From contig JAHFKK010000001.1 in assembly GCA_023245335.1 (NCBI GenBank), positions 683,282-747,281 of the forward strand: 64,000 bases of DNA. Direction: 5' to 3'. Source of the stretch: Candidatus Gottesmanbacteria bacterium (lineage in GTDB: Bacteria > Patescibacteriota > Microgenomatia > UBA10105 > UBA927). Below, piece by piece: positions 39,265-47,954 of this stretch. The position numbers and the translations under genes were made by a program. Every line of letters begins with the position of its first letter. Position 1 is the stretch's first letter. A model generated the notes under the pieces. That model worked only from the letters and a program-made list of their open reading frames with translations, made no database searches and was not told where the DNA came from.

Positions 39265-39681
39265 ATGACTATAGGTAGAGTTGAATCTCCAGGGAATCAG
39301 CCGTTTCAAAAAGATTTAGGCATGGTAGCGGTCCAAGATAGACCCAGCGGATTGAAGATTTGGACCGAATACCCCAACACATTTGTCGAAGTCGTAGAGG
39401 CGGCCTATACGGAACAAGTGCCGTGCACATTGCTTCCACAATCAACTATTGATTTGCGGCGGGTCGATGGTGAACGTGGAGACCCATATGTCACTCCGCC
39501 GGATTCCTTGACAGTCTCGTTTCGTCGCGGGCGCAGGTTAGAGATTTTTGCCGGGATCAGGACGAAAGACAGACGTATTCAGCACGCACGGCCGTTTGCA
39601 AATATTGTGCTGTCGAATCCTACAGAGGTAAAGGCTCAGCTCCTCAACAAAAATAAACCCGAGCAGCCGCCTTTATTTTGA
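39265..39681 (+). CDS. Hypothetical protein
   Basis: First in-frame ATG of the ORF 39175..39681 (the track starts at a TTG). No recognisable domain. Confidence 0.35.
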   Translation: MTIGRVESPGNQPFQKDLGMVAVQDRPSGLKIWTEYPNTFVEVVEAAYTEQVPCTLLPQSTIDLRRVDGERGDPYVTPPDSLTVSFRRGRRLEIFAGIRTKDRRIQHARPFANIVLSNPTEVKAQLLNKNKPEQPPLF

Positions 39682-39720
39682 TAATGAATCGATCCGTCAG
39701 AAGTGATATTATAGGCTATC

Positions 39721-40023
39721 ATGGTTAAACCAGACATTTCTAAACCAATTGGGCGAGAGGAAGCGATGGAAGAAGCCGTCAACTTCGCGCTTTCTGAATG
39801 CGGGTTTAATGCTCAGAAGGTCAGTCCTACTGTCCGGGATGGCATGAAGTCAGCAATTGTTCATTTTGAAACCTCCGGAGAAAACGCTAGTACAAATCCT
39901 CCCGTTGCCGAACTTGCAGTTCTCGCGTTTTCACGGTTAACGCGTAAATCATGCCCTGAGATGCACTGGCGATGGGATGGACAAGGCAGGTTAAACCTAA
40001 GGACATTATCTCTCATAAGATAA
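39721..40023 (+). CDS. Hypothetical protein (100 aa)
   Basis: TATTATA at 39707-39713 ends 8 nt before the ATG. No recognisable domain. Confidence 0.4.
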   Translation: MVKPDISKPIGREEAMEEAVNFALSECGFNAQKVSPTVRDGMKSAIVHFETSGENASTNPPVAELAVLAFSRLTRKSCPEMHWRWDGQGRLNLRTLSLIR

Positions 40024-40075
40024 TTACGTTAGATATGCTCTGACGATCTATTCAGGAACTTAAGAAGTGTACTAG

Positions 40076-40096
40076 TGTGATATAATAACGATCACA
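40076..40096 (+). promoter_or_regulatory. Extended -10 promoter TGaTATAAT embedded in inverted repeat TGTGAT-N9-ATCACA (operator-like)
   Basis: TG at 40078-40079; TATAAT at 40081-40086. Arms TGTGAT 40076-40081 and ATCACA 40091-40096 are exact reverse complements. A second TATAAT sits at 40123-40128 with AGGGAG SD before ATG 40143. Confidence 0.4.
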
Positions 40097-40142
40097 AATT
40101 AGGAGACCACGCGTGTAGATCTATAATAGTAGGGAGTAGTTT

Positions 40143-40535
40143 ATGCCTGATTTTTGTCCTCCATTATCCCTTGAAGGTCTTCGACTGCGCCAGAAGGCAC
40201 AGGAAGCCGCGAATAAACTCAATGGTCACCCGGAAAACGTTGAAAATGCGATACCATTTGCGGATTTTACTACCGAGCGCATAGCTCAACGGTTAAGGAG
40301 TGGGACTAAAAGGGAACAACGTGAGGCTGCAGGTTTAATTGTAGGAGCAATACGTCGGTATTCAGCCACACTTCCCGGTGGAGAGGACGATCCGAGTGGA
40401 CAAGCAGGTCGGACACTGACAAGAATTTCGTGTTTGTTTGACCTAGAATTGGGTGAGTTGCTCAATGCTAGAAATGGGGAGTCCGTCATCACTCTGACAC
40501 ACCGGCCGCAAAGGAAGTCTCCGGAAGGACGTTAA
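40143..40535 (+). CDS. Hypothetical protein (130 aa)
   Basis: SD AGGGAG 6 nt upstream; its own promoter/operator. No recognisable domain. Confidence 0.45.
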   Translation: MPDFCPPLSLEGLRLRQKAQEAANKLNGHPENVENAIPFADFTTERIAQRLRSGTKREQREAAGLIVGAIRRYSATLPGGEDDPSGQAGRTLTRISCLFDLELGELLNARNGESVITLTHRPQRKSPEGR

Positions 40536-40577
40536 CCCTTGATAAATTTGAGTTAGCCTTTTTGGTATACTGCAGTG

Positions 40578-41486
40578 GTGAAGAAAGTTCCCGTCGTATT
40601 ATTTGTTTTCCTTCTTGTCGTTATCGGTTGTTTGCTTCTTGTTTGGGGGAGGCATAATTTCTCGCCCAGTACCCCAGCGATCAGTGAAAAAAGAATAAAA
40701 GCCAACACTCCGGTTGACCACATCGTCGTCATCATGATGGAGAATAAAGCGTATCACGATGTGTTCGGAAGCGCCGATGCGCCGTACATCAATTCCCTGA
40801 TAAAGAAGTATAGTTTGGCAGACAATTATTCCGCCATTACGCACCCGAGCTTACCCAATTACCTTGCGCTTATCGGCGGCAGTACGTTTGGTGTCACCAC
40901 GGACTGTACGGATTGCTTTGTGGCGTCACCGAATTTGATTGACCAGTTGGAAGGCGCACATAAAACGTGGAAAGCATACATGGAGTCCATGCCGTCATCC
41001 TGTTTCATCGGAAATAGCGGATTATACGCTCAGAAACATAATCCGTTTATCTATTTTGATGATGTCCGGAATAATCCCAACCGTTGCATGAACATTGTTC
41101 CCTATATCGCGCTATCAAAGGATTTACAATCCGAGTCTACAACTCCGAACTTTATCTGGGTGAGTCCGAATTTATGTCATGACATGCATAATTGTTCCGT
41201 GGCTGAGGGGGATATGTGGTTATCACAACAGATACCACTGATATTGACCTCGCCAGCATTTACCAATAAACGATCGTTTCTGGTACTTACCTGGGATGAG
41301 GGCCAAGGTGCGGAAGGAAATAGAATAATGACCATTTTTGTCGGACCTGATGCACGACAAGCATATGTATCTCACACTGCGTATTCCCACTACTCTCTTT
41401 TGCACACTATTGAACTGCTCTGGGATATGCCTGCTATAACCTCGGATGTCTCCCGGAGTGCGGTTATGTCTGATATGTTGCAGTAA
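40578..41486 (+). CDS. Secreted phosphoesterase-family protein (phospholipase C / acid phosphatase AcpA-like)
   Basis: N-terminal signal/TM 'VPVVLFVFLLVVIGCLLL'. 'HIVVIMMENKAYHDVFG' and 'NYLALIGGSTFG' phosphoesterase-family motifs. GTG start; extended -10 TGgTATACT at 40563-40571 ends 7 nt before GTG 40578. Confidence 0.7.
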   Translation: MKKVPVVLFVFLLVVIGCLLLVWGRHNFSPSTPAISEKRIKANTPVDHIVVIMMENKAYHDVFGSADAPYINSLIKKYSLADNYSAITHPSLPNYLALIGGSTFGVTTDCTDCFVASPNLIDQLEGAHKTWKAYMESMPSSCFIGNSGLYAQKHNPFIYFDDVRNNPNRCMNIVPYIALSKDLQSESTTPNFIWVSPNLCHDMHNCSVAEGDMWLSQQIPLILTSPAFTNKRSFLVLTWDEGQGAEGNRIMTIFVGPDARQAYVSHTAYSHYSLLHTIELLWDMPAITSDVSRSAVMSDMLQ

Positions 41487-41560
41487 ATGAATCTCTGACT
41501 GACCTGTCCAATTCTTCATTTTAGCTTGTTGCATAAGGCTAAACGCGATATTATATAGGT

Positions 41561-41812
41561 ATGTTTCCCAAAATAGATAAAGAAATTATGGTGTGTAGTA
41601 CCTGTGGGGAAGAGGTGGGGAAGGCGTCTTCGCCACGCGCAACCCGTTTCGGCCTATTCCTTCACCATGAAATATTGGCGAACCGTATGCTGACCCGATC
41701 ATTTCTTGAACAAGATCAGTCCATACGAGGCGGCGGGCGGATTTTGCCTATATTTGAGCTTGTTGGTCACAATATGGCGGTTCGGCAAAGCGAGTTCAAT
41801 AAGAAAGATTAA
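41561..41812 (+). CDS. Hypothetical protein (83 aa) with CxxC
   Basis: TATTAT at 41549-41554 ends 7 nt before the ATG; 'MVCSTCGEEV'. Confidence 0.4.
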   Translation: MFPKIDKEIMVCSTCGEEVGKASSPRATRFGLFLHHEILANRMLTRSFLEQDQSIRGGGRILPIFELVGHNMAVRQSEFNKKD

Positions 41813-41877
41813 ATATGTGGTGACGTAGTCAGATCGGATATTGTTACATCTTATATCGTATCGTACAATTGATCCTT

Positions 41878-42126
41878 ATGTCTGCAAAAAGATTTGGTGG
41901 TTTTGAGCAATTAGGTCACGCCTATGCTTTTATGACCTCTATACGATCAGCAACTAAGGCTGATGACCTAGTCATGGATACGCTTGCTATTCCGTTGACT
42001 GATCCTGCGAATAAATTGTTTGATGTGGACACGCTTCTATTTCGGCGTAGTCTTACAGTGTGGAATATACAAAAAAATTCAAAACGGGCACTAACGAAAC
42101 GGAGTGAGGGAAAAGTCAGATTGTAA
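41878..42126 (+). CDS. Hypothetical protein (82 aa)
   Basis: TTGTTA-17-TACAAT (41841-41869) ends 9 nt before ATG 41878. The ORF track uses a TTG at 41869. Confidence 0.35.
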   Translation: MSAKRFGGFEQLGHAYAFMTSIRSATKADDLVMDTLAIPLTDPANKLFDVDTLLFRRSLTVWNIQKNSKRALTKRSEGKVRL

Positions 42127-42131
42127 CATCG

Positions 42132-42160
42132 TTGTCTAATTATTGCCGATTTGTTATACT
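42132..42160 (+). promoter_or_regulatory. Candidate promoter TTGTCT-17-TATACT for the ileS leader
   Basis: TTGTCT at 42132-42137, 17-nt spacer, TATACT at 42155-42160. Confidence 0.35.
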
Positions 42161-42166
42161 TCCATA

Positions 42167-42401
42167 AGAATTGCATTTAACCCCGGCAATCACCGGGAAA
42201 GCCCCACTACGCTAAAGCTACGAGGGGCAAGCAGAAGGAAGAAAACCCCCACTTCGCATAAAGCTTCGTGGGGCACAGTAGACCCTTCCGGGAAAGCCCG
42301 TAACAGCCGGAAATAAGAAGCAAGTAAGGTGGTACCACCCCGATTTGATATCGCGGGTCCTTATAAAAACGGTACCTTTTTTTGTGGTGTAAGATAGAGT
42401 T
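42167..42401 (+). ncRNA. Structured ileS 5' leader, T-box riboswitch-like (Ile specifier AUC-A in a short hairpin loop; T-box-like GGUGGUACC; hairpin plus U7)
   Basis: Hairpin CCCGG-CAAUCA-CCGGG at 42182-42197 presents AUCA. Two related GC-clamped hairpins at 42201-42228 and 42246-42274. 'AAGGTGGTACCACCCCG' at 42326-42342. Second GGTACC at 42371-42376 followed by TTTTTTT at 42377-42383. Then the ileS ATG at 42402. Confidence 0.45.
42328..42383 (+). terminator. Candidate leader terminator/attenuator (GGTACC...GGTACC stem plus U7)
   Basis: Palindromic GGTACC at 42331-42336 and 42371-42376 with internal CCCG/CGGG pairing, followed directly by 7 T. Confidence 0.35.
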
Positions 42402-45392
42402 ATGGTAAAAAAGCATACATTTCAGTCCGTCATACCGCAAATAAACTTTCCGGAGATGGAGAGGCGCCTCCTCAAGGATTGGTACGATACGGGCTTGGTA
42501 CAAAAGTATCTCCATAGAAACGATGCTTCCAAAAAACGATTTTCGTTTCTCGACGGGCCGATTACTGCAAATAATCCGATGGGTGTGCATCACGCGTGGG
42601 GCAGGACGTACAAAGACCTTTGGCAGCGATTTTATGCGCTTCGGGGCTACAAGGAACGGTTTCAGAATGGCTTTGACTGCCAGGGACTCTGGGTAGAAGT
42701 TGAGGTGGAAAAAGAACTCAAGCTCCGGAATAAAAAAGAGATAGAAAATCTGGTCGCGGGGGACAAAAAAGCTTCGATCGCCAAATTCGTCGAGCTCTGC
42801 CGCGAGCGCGTCCGTACGTTTAGCGGCATCCAGTCCGAGCAGAGTAAACGCCTGGGCTACATCGTGGACTGGGATAACTCGTATTACACGATGTCTGATG
42901 AAAACAACTACATGATCTGGTATTTTTTGAAGACCTGTTTTCAGAAAGGCTGGATATTCAAAGGCAAGGATTCCGTCCCATGGTGTCCGCGGTGTGAGAC
43001 CGCCATATCCCAGCATGAAATGCTGACGGAGGACTACAAGGAAGTCACGCATAAGGCTGTGTATCTCGAGTTCCCGATAGTCGGCAGATCCAAAGAATTC
43101 CTCCTCGTCTGGACGACCACGCCCTGGACCATACCGGCAAATATCGCGGTCGCGGTCGACAAGACACTAGACTACTCGTTGGTCGAAGGCACGTCAGGGA
43201 ATACCTTTTGGATTGTCAAAGAACGGGTTGACGCGGTCTTTGGTACGCGGTATACGCGGATAGTGAAAACGGTGAAAGGCCAGGAATTAGTGGGCCTCAA
43301 ATACACCGCGCCTTTTGACGATCTCGATATAGTCGTCAAGACTGCCAAGGAAAATTCTCACGTATTTCATACCGTGGTTGCGACTGACCCGATGATTTTA
43401 CCGGTCGTGACGACCGAAGGAACAGGACTGGTCCACACTGCCGTATCGGCCGGATCGGAAGACTTCAGACTCGGCAAGAAATACGGATTGCCCATGATAC
43501 CGGTCATAGACGATACAGCGACGTACCTGCCGCATATGGGTTTCTTATCCGGACAGAATGCCAAGAAACATCCGGAAGTCATCCTGGATTATCTCACCAA
43601 AAGGGAAAGTGAAGGGAAGCCGTGTGTGTTTACCATAGAAAATTATACGCATCGGTATCCTGCCTGCTGGCGGTGTAAAACCGAACTTGTCTGGAAGGTA
43701 GCGGACGAATGGTATATCGCGATGGACGTGAAGGAATCGGGGACAGGTAAAACGCTCCGGGAACAAATGAAGGACACAGCAAGACAGATCACCTGGAAGC
43801 CCGCGTTCGGTTTGGAGCGAGAGCTCGATTGGCTCGCCAACATGCACGACTGGCTCATAAGTAAGCCCAATAGGTATTGGGGATTGGCGCTTCCGATTTA
43901 CGAATGCAAAAAGTGCGGGTGGTTTACGGTCATTGGCAGCCGCGAGGAACTGAAAGCCAAAGCAGTGTCCGGCTGGGAATCGTTCGAGGGCCATACGCCG
44001 CATAAGCCGTACATAGACGATGTCAAAATCACATGTGATACATGCGGAGAGGTCGTTTCGCGGCTCAATGACGTCGGCAACGTGTGGCTGGATGCCGGGA
44101 TCGTCGGGTTTTCGACGCTTATCGATCCGCAAACAAAAACATTGAGTTACACCGGCGATAAGAAGTACTGGAAAGAATGGTATCCTGCGGACTTTATCAC
44201 CGAGTCATTTCCCGGACAATTCAAAAACTGGTTTTATTCCATGATCGCGATGTCGACGGTTTTGGAGAAGAAAACCTGTTTCAAAACCGTCCTCGGGTAC
44301 GGCTCTATGCTTGGTGAAGACGGCCGGCCCATGCACAAATCCTGGGGCAACTCGATCGAATTTAACGAAGGAGCCGATAAAATCGGCGCGGACGTCATGC
44401 GCTGGATGTTTGTCAAACATAATCCCGAACAAAACATGCTATTTGGGTATAAGCTTGCGGATGAAACACGCCGGAAATTTCATCTGCTTTTGTGGAACGT
44501 CTATAACTTCTTCATTACCTATGCGGTCATCGACGGGTGGACTCCTGGGGAAGACGCAACGTCGCCGTACGTCCTGGACCGGTGGATCATGAGTCGGCTT
44601 CATGGACTCATCCCATTGGTCACCACATCACTGGAAGCGTTTGACGCGGCAACGGCCGCAAATGCCATAGAAGCATTCGTGACGGATTTGTCTCAATGGT
44701 ACGTACGAAGGAGCCGCGATCGCATAGGACCGACAGTCGATGCTTCGGATGATAAGAATGCGTGTTATGCGACGCTGTATGAAGTTCTCGTGACCCTCAT
44801 GGGTATTCTCGCACCGTTTATTCCGTATCTTGCCGAAGAAATGTATCGTAATTTGACCGGGAAATCTTCGGTGCATCTTTCCGACTGGCCCCAAGTACAT
44901 GAAAATCTCATCGATAGATCATTAGAAAAAGAAATGGTTGTCGCGCGCGCGATAGTAGAAAAGGCGCATGGGCAGCGCAAAGATAAAGGAGTAAAAGTGC
45001 GGGTCCCGCTTGCTTCTCTGACGTATACGGCAGCAACTAAATTGCCGGCGGACGTGGAGGAGGTACTTGCCGCAGAAACCAATGTGAAGCAGGTCCGTCA
45101 TGAAAAAGTAAAAGAATCCGAAGAAGTTTTCGTGGCGCTCGATTTTACCGTCACCAAAGAGCTTGCTGAGGAAGGCGAAGTACGCGAACTGACCCGTCAG
45201 GTACAAATGCTTCGGAAAGAAAAAGGGTGTAAGATAGATGAGCGCGTGGCGCTGACCCTACCGGAAAAATATAAATCCTTGCCGGAAAATCTGTTGAAAC
45301 AAATCAAAAAAGAAACGCTCGCGAATGTGATCACATGGGCAACCGATCTTTCCATATCTACCACCAAGGCGACCAACACGTCGATTGGGTAG
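42402..45392 (+). CDS. ileS: Isoleucine--tRNA ligase (type-2/eukaryote-like length)
   Basis: CP1 editing motif 'WTTTPWTIPANIAVAV'; Zn-knuckle 'WCPRCETAIS'. KMSKS-region 'GEDGRPMHKSWGN'. The HIGH region reads 'NNPMGVHHAWG'. Confidence 0.9.
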   Translation: MVKKHTFQSVIPQINFPEMERRLLKDWYDTGLVQKYLHRNDASKKRFSFLDGPITANNPMGVHHAWGRTYKDLWQRFYALRGYKERFQNGFDCQGLWVEVEVEKELKLRNKKEIENLVAGDKKASIAKFVELCRERVRTFSGIQSEQSKRLGYIVDWDNSYYTMSDENNYMIWYFLKTCFQKGWIFKGKDSVPWCPRCETAISQHEMLTEDYKEVTHKAVYLEFPIVGRSKEFLLVWTTTPWTIPANIAVAVDKTLDYSLVEGTSGNTFWIVKERVDAVFGTRYTRIVKTVKGQELVGLKYTAPFDDLDIVVKTAKENSHVFHTVVATDPMILPVVTTEGTGLVHTAVSAGSEDFRLGKKYGLPMIPVIDDTATYLPHMGFLSGQNAKKHPEVILDYLTKRESEGKPCVFTIENYTHRYPACWRCKTELVWKVADEWYIAMDVKESGTGKTLREQMKDTARQITWKPAFGLERELDWLANMHDWLISKPNRYWGLALPIYECKKCGWFTVIGSREELKAKAVSGWESFEGHTPHKPYIDDVKITCDTCGEVVSRLNDVGNVWLDAGIVGFSTLIDPQTKTLSYTGDKKYWKEWYPADFITESFPGQFKNWFYSMIAMSTVLEKKTCFKTVLGYGSMLGEDGRPMHKSWGNSIEFNEGADKIGADVMRWMFVKHNPEQNMLFGYKLADETRRKFHLLLWNVYNFFITYAVIDGWTPGEDATSPYVLDRWIMSRLHGLIPLVTTSLEAFDAATAANAIEAFVTDLSQWYVRRSRDRIGPTVDASDDKNACYATLYEVLVTLMGILAPFIPYLAEEMYRNLTGKSSVHLSDWPQVHENLIDRSLEKEMVVARAIVEKAHGQRKDKGVKVRVPLASLTYTAATKLPADVEEVLAAETNVKQVRHEKVKESEEVFVALDFTVTKELAEEGEVRELTRQVQMLRKEKGCKIDERVALTLPEKYKSLPENLLKQIKKETLANVITWATDLSISTTKATNTSIG

Positions 45393-46441
45393 TCCTTCTT
45401 GCGTTACTCCTTCTCGGATTCGTCGGGCTTTTCGTACTTCTCACGACGAGCGTCGGTTTATTCTGGCAGCAGTTGTTTTTTTTGGTGATCGGCGCGGTTA
45501 TCGTATTTTTTGTTTCCAAGTTGGATGCGATTATTTTGTGGTGGTTTGCACCATACGCATATGCGTTATCCCTTGTCCTTCTGGTGGCATCGTATCTTGC
45601 GCATCCGATCCGTGGCGCTTCCCGGTGGATTATCATCGGAGGCAATCAGCTTCAGCCGTCGGAAATGGTCAAGCCGCTCCTCATCCTGGCGTTTGCGCGG
45701 ATGATCACGACGTACTCCCCGCGGTCACTGCGGACGTTTTGGATCCATGCCCTGATGTTTGGTGTACCGTTTCTTCTGGTTTTTCACCAGCCTGACTTGG
45801 GGACAGCGCTCGTTTACGCAGGTTCGTGGTTTGCCATGATGATTGCCGGCGGATTTCCCCTCATACTCCTGGTGATCGGCGCGATCGTTATAGCGGCCGG
45901 ATTCCCGTTTCTTTGGCATGCGCTCGCCCCATATCAGCGCGGCCGGATACTCACGTTTCTCAATCCTGCGGCTGACCCGCAAGGAGCTGGGTACAATGCG
46001 CTCCAGGCAATGATTGCCGTCGGGAGCGGACAACTCTTCGGGCGGGGTCTGGGGCGGGGTACACAGAGTCATTTGCGGTTTTTACCCGAGTACCATACGG
46101 ATTTCATTTTCGCGACATTTGTCGAAGAATTGGGGTTCGTGGGGGGAGTCACGCTTTTGGTTCTCTATGGGACGCTCTTGTGGCAACTCCTCCGGCCATA
46201 CGTCCGAGGGACAATCGGTAATCCGTTCGTGTTTTTTTATACCGTTGGCCTTTTCGGCATACTCCTCACCCAAGTCGTCATCAATACCGGCATGAACATG
46301 GGAATCATTCCGGTGACCGGTATTACGCTGCCGTTCGTATCATACGGGGGGAGCTCGATATTGTCCCTTTGTGTGGCGTTTGGCTTCCTTATCGCACTGC
46401 GGCGCGGAGGAAATAACGAGGGGAGCATTGCAATTCAGTGA
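45335..46441 (+). CDS. SEDS-family protein, RodA-like (second FtsW/RodA paralogue)
   Basis: 'GGNQLQPSEMVKPLLILAFAR' and 'TDFIFATFVEELGFVGG' SEDS motifs. Overlaps the ileS 3' end by 58 nt. Confidence 0.75.
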   Translation: MGNRSFHIYHQGDQHVDWVVLLALLLLGFVGLFVLLTTSVGLFWQQLFFLVIGAVIVFFVSKLDAIILWWFAPYAYALSLVLLVASYLAHPIRGASRWIIIGGNQLQPSEMVKPLLILAFARMITTYSPRSLRTFWIHALMFGVPFLLVFHQPDLGTALVYAGSWFAMMIAGGFPLILLVIGAIVIAAGFPFLWHALAPYQRGRILTFLNPAADPQGAGYNALQAMIAVGSGQLFGRGLGRGTQSHLRFLPEYHTDFIFATFVEELGFVGGVTLLVLYGTLLWQLLRPYVRGTIGNPFVFFYTVGLFGILLTQVVINTGMNMGIIPVTGITLPFVSYGGSSILSLCVAFGFLIALRRGGNNEGSIAIQ

Positions 46442-46456
46442 GCCTACCGATATAAT
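46428..46456 (+). promoter_or_regulatory. Promoter TTGCAA-17-TATAAT for rplU; ATG 8 nt after the -10 (leaderless)
   Basis: TTGCAA at 46428-46433; TATAAT at 46451-46456; rplU ATG at 46464. Confidence 0.45.
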
Positions 46457-46463
46457 ACTACGC

Positions 46464-46778
46464 ATGTTTGCTATAGTTCGCATCGGAAATAAGCAGTACA
46501 AAGTCGCCCCAACCGACGTCATTTTGGTTGACAAAGTCGAGGGTAAAGCCGGTGATGTCCTCAAGTTTACTGACGTCTTACTCGTGGGTGACGGGAAGAA
46601 GGTAGAGGTCGGCGCACCGCTTGTGAAAGGCATGGTCGTGACGGCAAAAATAGTCGGTCAGGAAAAAGGTGAAAAGATAGCCGTCCGAAGATTCAAAAGT
46701 AAAGTACGGTATCGACGTCATACAGGGTTCCGTGCAGATCTCACGAGGTTGGAAGTGACCAGTGTTTCCAGCGCATGA
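46464..46778 (+). CDS. rplU: 50S ribosomal protein L21
   Basis: 'MFAIVRIGNKQYKVAPTDVILVDKVEG...VRRFKSKVRYRRHTGFR' is a canonical bL21. Confidence 0.9.
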   Translation: MFAIVRIGNKQYKVAPTDVILVDKVEGKAGDVLKFTDVLLVGDGKKVEVGAPLVKGMVVTAKIVGQEKGEKIAVRRFKSKVRYRRHTGFRADLTRLEVTSVSSA

Positions 46779-47935
46779 AACGGACCATCTTCATCCTTGG
46801 ACGTACTCCCGAACTTGCCACCATCGAACTTCAGGCCCTCTATCCTACGACAACGCTGTTATTGCCGGGTATTGCTGTCGGAACAGGAGGCATTGACGTA
46901 AAGGAGGCAATCACTCATCTTGGTGGTACCGTCAAGATAGCCGAAGAGATAAGCGAAGTCCCCGACATAGACGTTCATGTGCTTTTTAGCTCGCTTCTCC
47001 CGTTTGTCTCTGAAAATCGGATTACCTTCGGTATAAGCGCGTATGGCTCTACCCGTATACCGCAGTCTACATATACCGGAGTGAAACAGCTTTTTATGGT
47101 CCGTGGTATATCGGTCCGCTATGTAGAATCCAAACATGATCAGGCACTGGGAAGCGTCGTCGTTTCCAAGCAACACGTGACGGAGCTTGTCGTCATAGGT
47201 ATGCAGGGGAGTCACATACTCGGGGTGACGAAGGCGGTGCAGGACTTCGAGGATTGGAATACCCGCGACTCTGCGCGGCCGGCGCCGGATCCGCGTCGTG
47301 GCATGTTGCCGCCCAAAGTTGCCCGCATGATCGTCAACATTGCTCTTGGTCCCGTATCTCATGCGCCAAAAGTGTTGCTCGACCCGTTTTGCGGTGTCGG
47401 TACCATTGTCGCTGAAGCCTTGATGCGCGATACACAAGCCATTGGGATGGACATATCGGCTGATGCAGTCGGGAAAGCCCAAAAAAATATTGCGTGGCTA
47501 CGCGCACAGTACGGCATGCTGCAAAAAGAGCCGGTACGTATTGAGGTTGGGGATGCGACGCATGTGTCTGAGCTTATCCCCCTCGTATCCGTTGACGGTA
47601 TAGCGACAGAACCTTTATTAGGAGAACAGTTGCACATACCCGAAGGAGACCCATTGCAGGAACAGCGCGTCAAAAATATTATCAAAGGGTTGGAAAAACT
47701 CTACATAGGATGCCTTAAGGAATGGGCAAAGGTTCTGAAACCAGGGAGCAAGGTCGTCATGGCAACGCCGGCGTACGTAACACGTCGCGGAATCGTCACC
47801 GTGAAAAAAGTTGTTGACAGATGTGAAATCCTCGGATATACTCTCCTCACTGGACCTATAGAATACAGTAGACCGCAGGCTATGGTCCGTCGAGAATTTT
47901 ACGTTTTTCAAAAATCGTTAATTGTTAAAAGTTAA
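46775..47935 (+). CDS. SAM-dependent RNA methyltransferase, Trm11/RlmL (UPF0020)-like with N-terminal THUMP-like region
   Basis: '[17 protein letters not shown]' motif I and 'VMATPAYV' (DPPY-like) motif IV; 386 aa. Lies between rplU and rpmA. Confidence 0.6.
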   Translation: MKRTIFILGRTPELATIELQALYPTTTLLLPGIAVGTGGIDVKEAITHLGGTVKIAEEISEVPDIDVHVLFSSLLPFVSENRITFGISAYGSTRIPQSTYTGVKQLFMVRGISVRYVESKHDQALGSVVVSKQHVTELVVIGMQGSHILGVTKAVQDFEDWNTRDSARPAPDPRRGMLPPKVARMIVNIALGPVSHAPKVLLDPFCGVGTIVAEALMRDTQAIGMDISADAVGKAQKNIAWLRAQYGMLQKEPVRIEVGDATHVSELIPLVSVDGIATEPLLGEQLHIPEGDPLQEQRVKNIIKGLEKLYIGCLKEWAKVLKPGSKVVMATPAYVTRRGIVTVKKVVDRCEILGYTLLTGPIEYSRPQAMVRREFYVFQKSLIVKS

Positions 47936-47954
47936 TGTGTTAATTGGTATTACT

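Noticed and set aside
42207-43052. 281-aa minus-strand ORF
   Set aside because: Lies entirely antisense within ileS, a well-supported 996-aa CDS. No domain-like sequence. Typical shadow ORF of a GC-balanced gene.
46859-47482. 207-aa minus-strand ORF
   Set aside because: Antisense to the RNA methyltransferase gene, which has clear SAM motifs on the plus strand.
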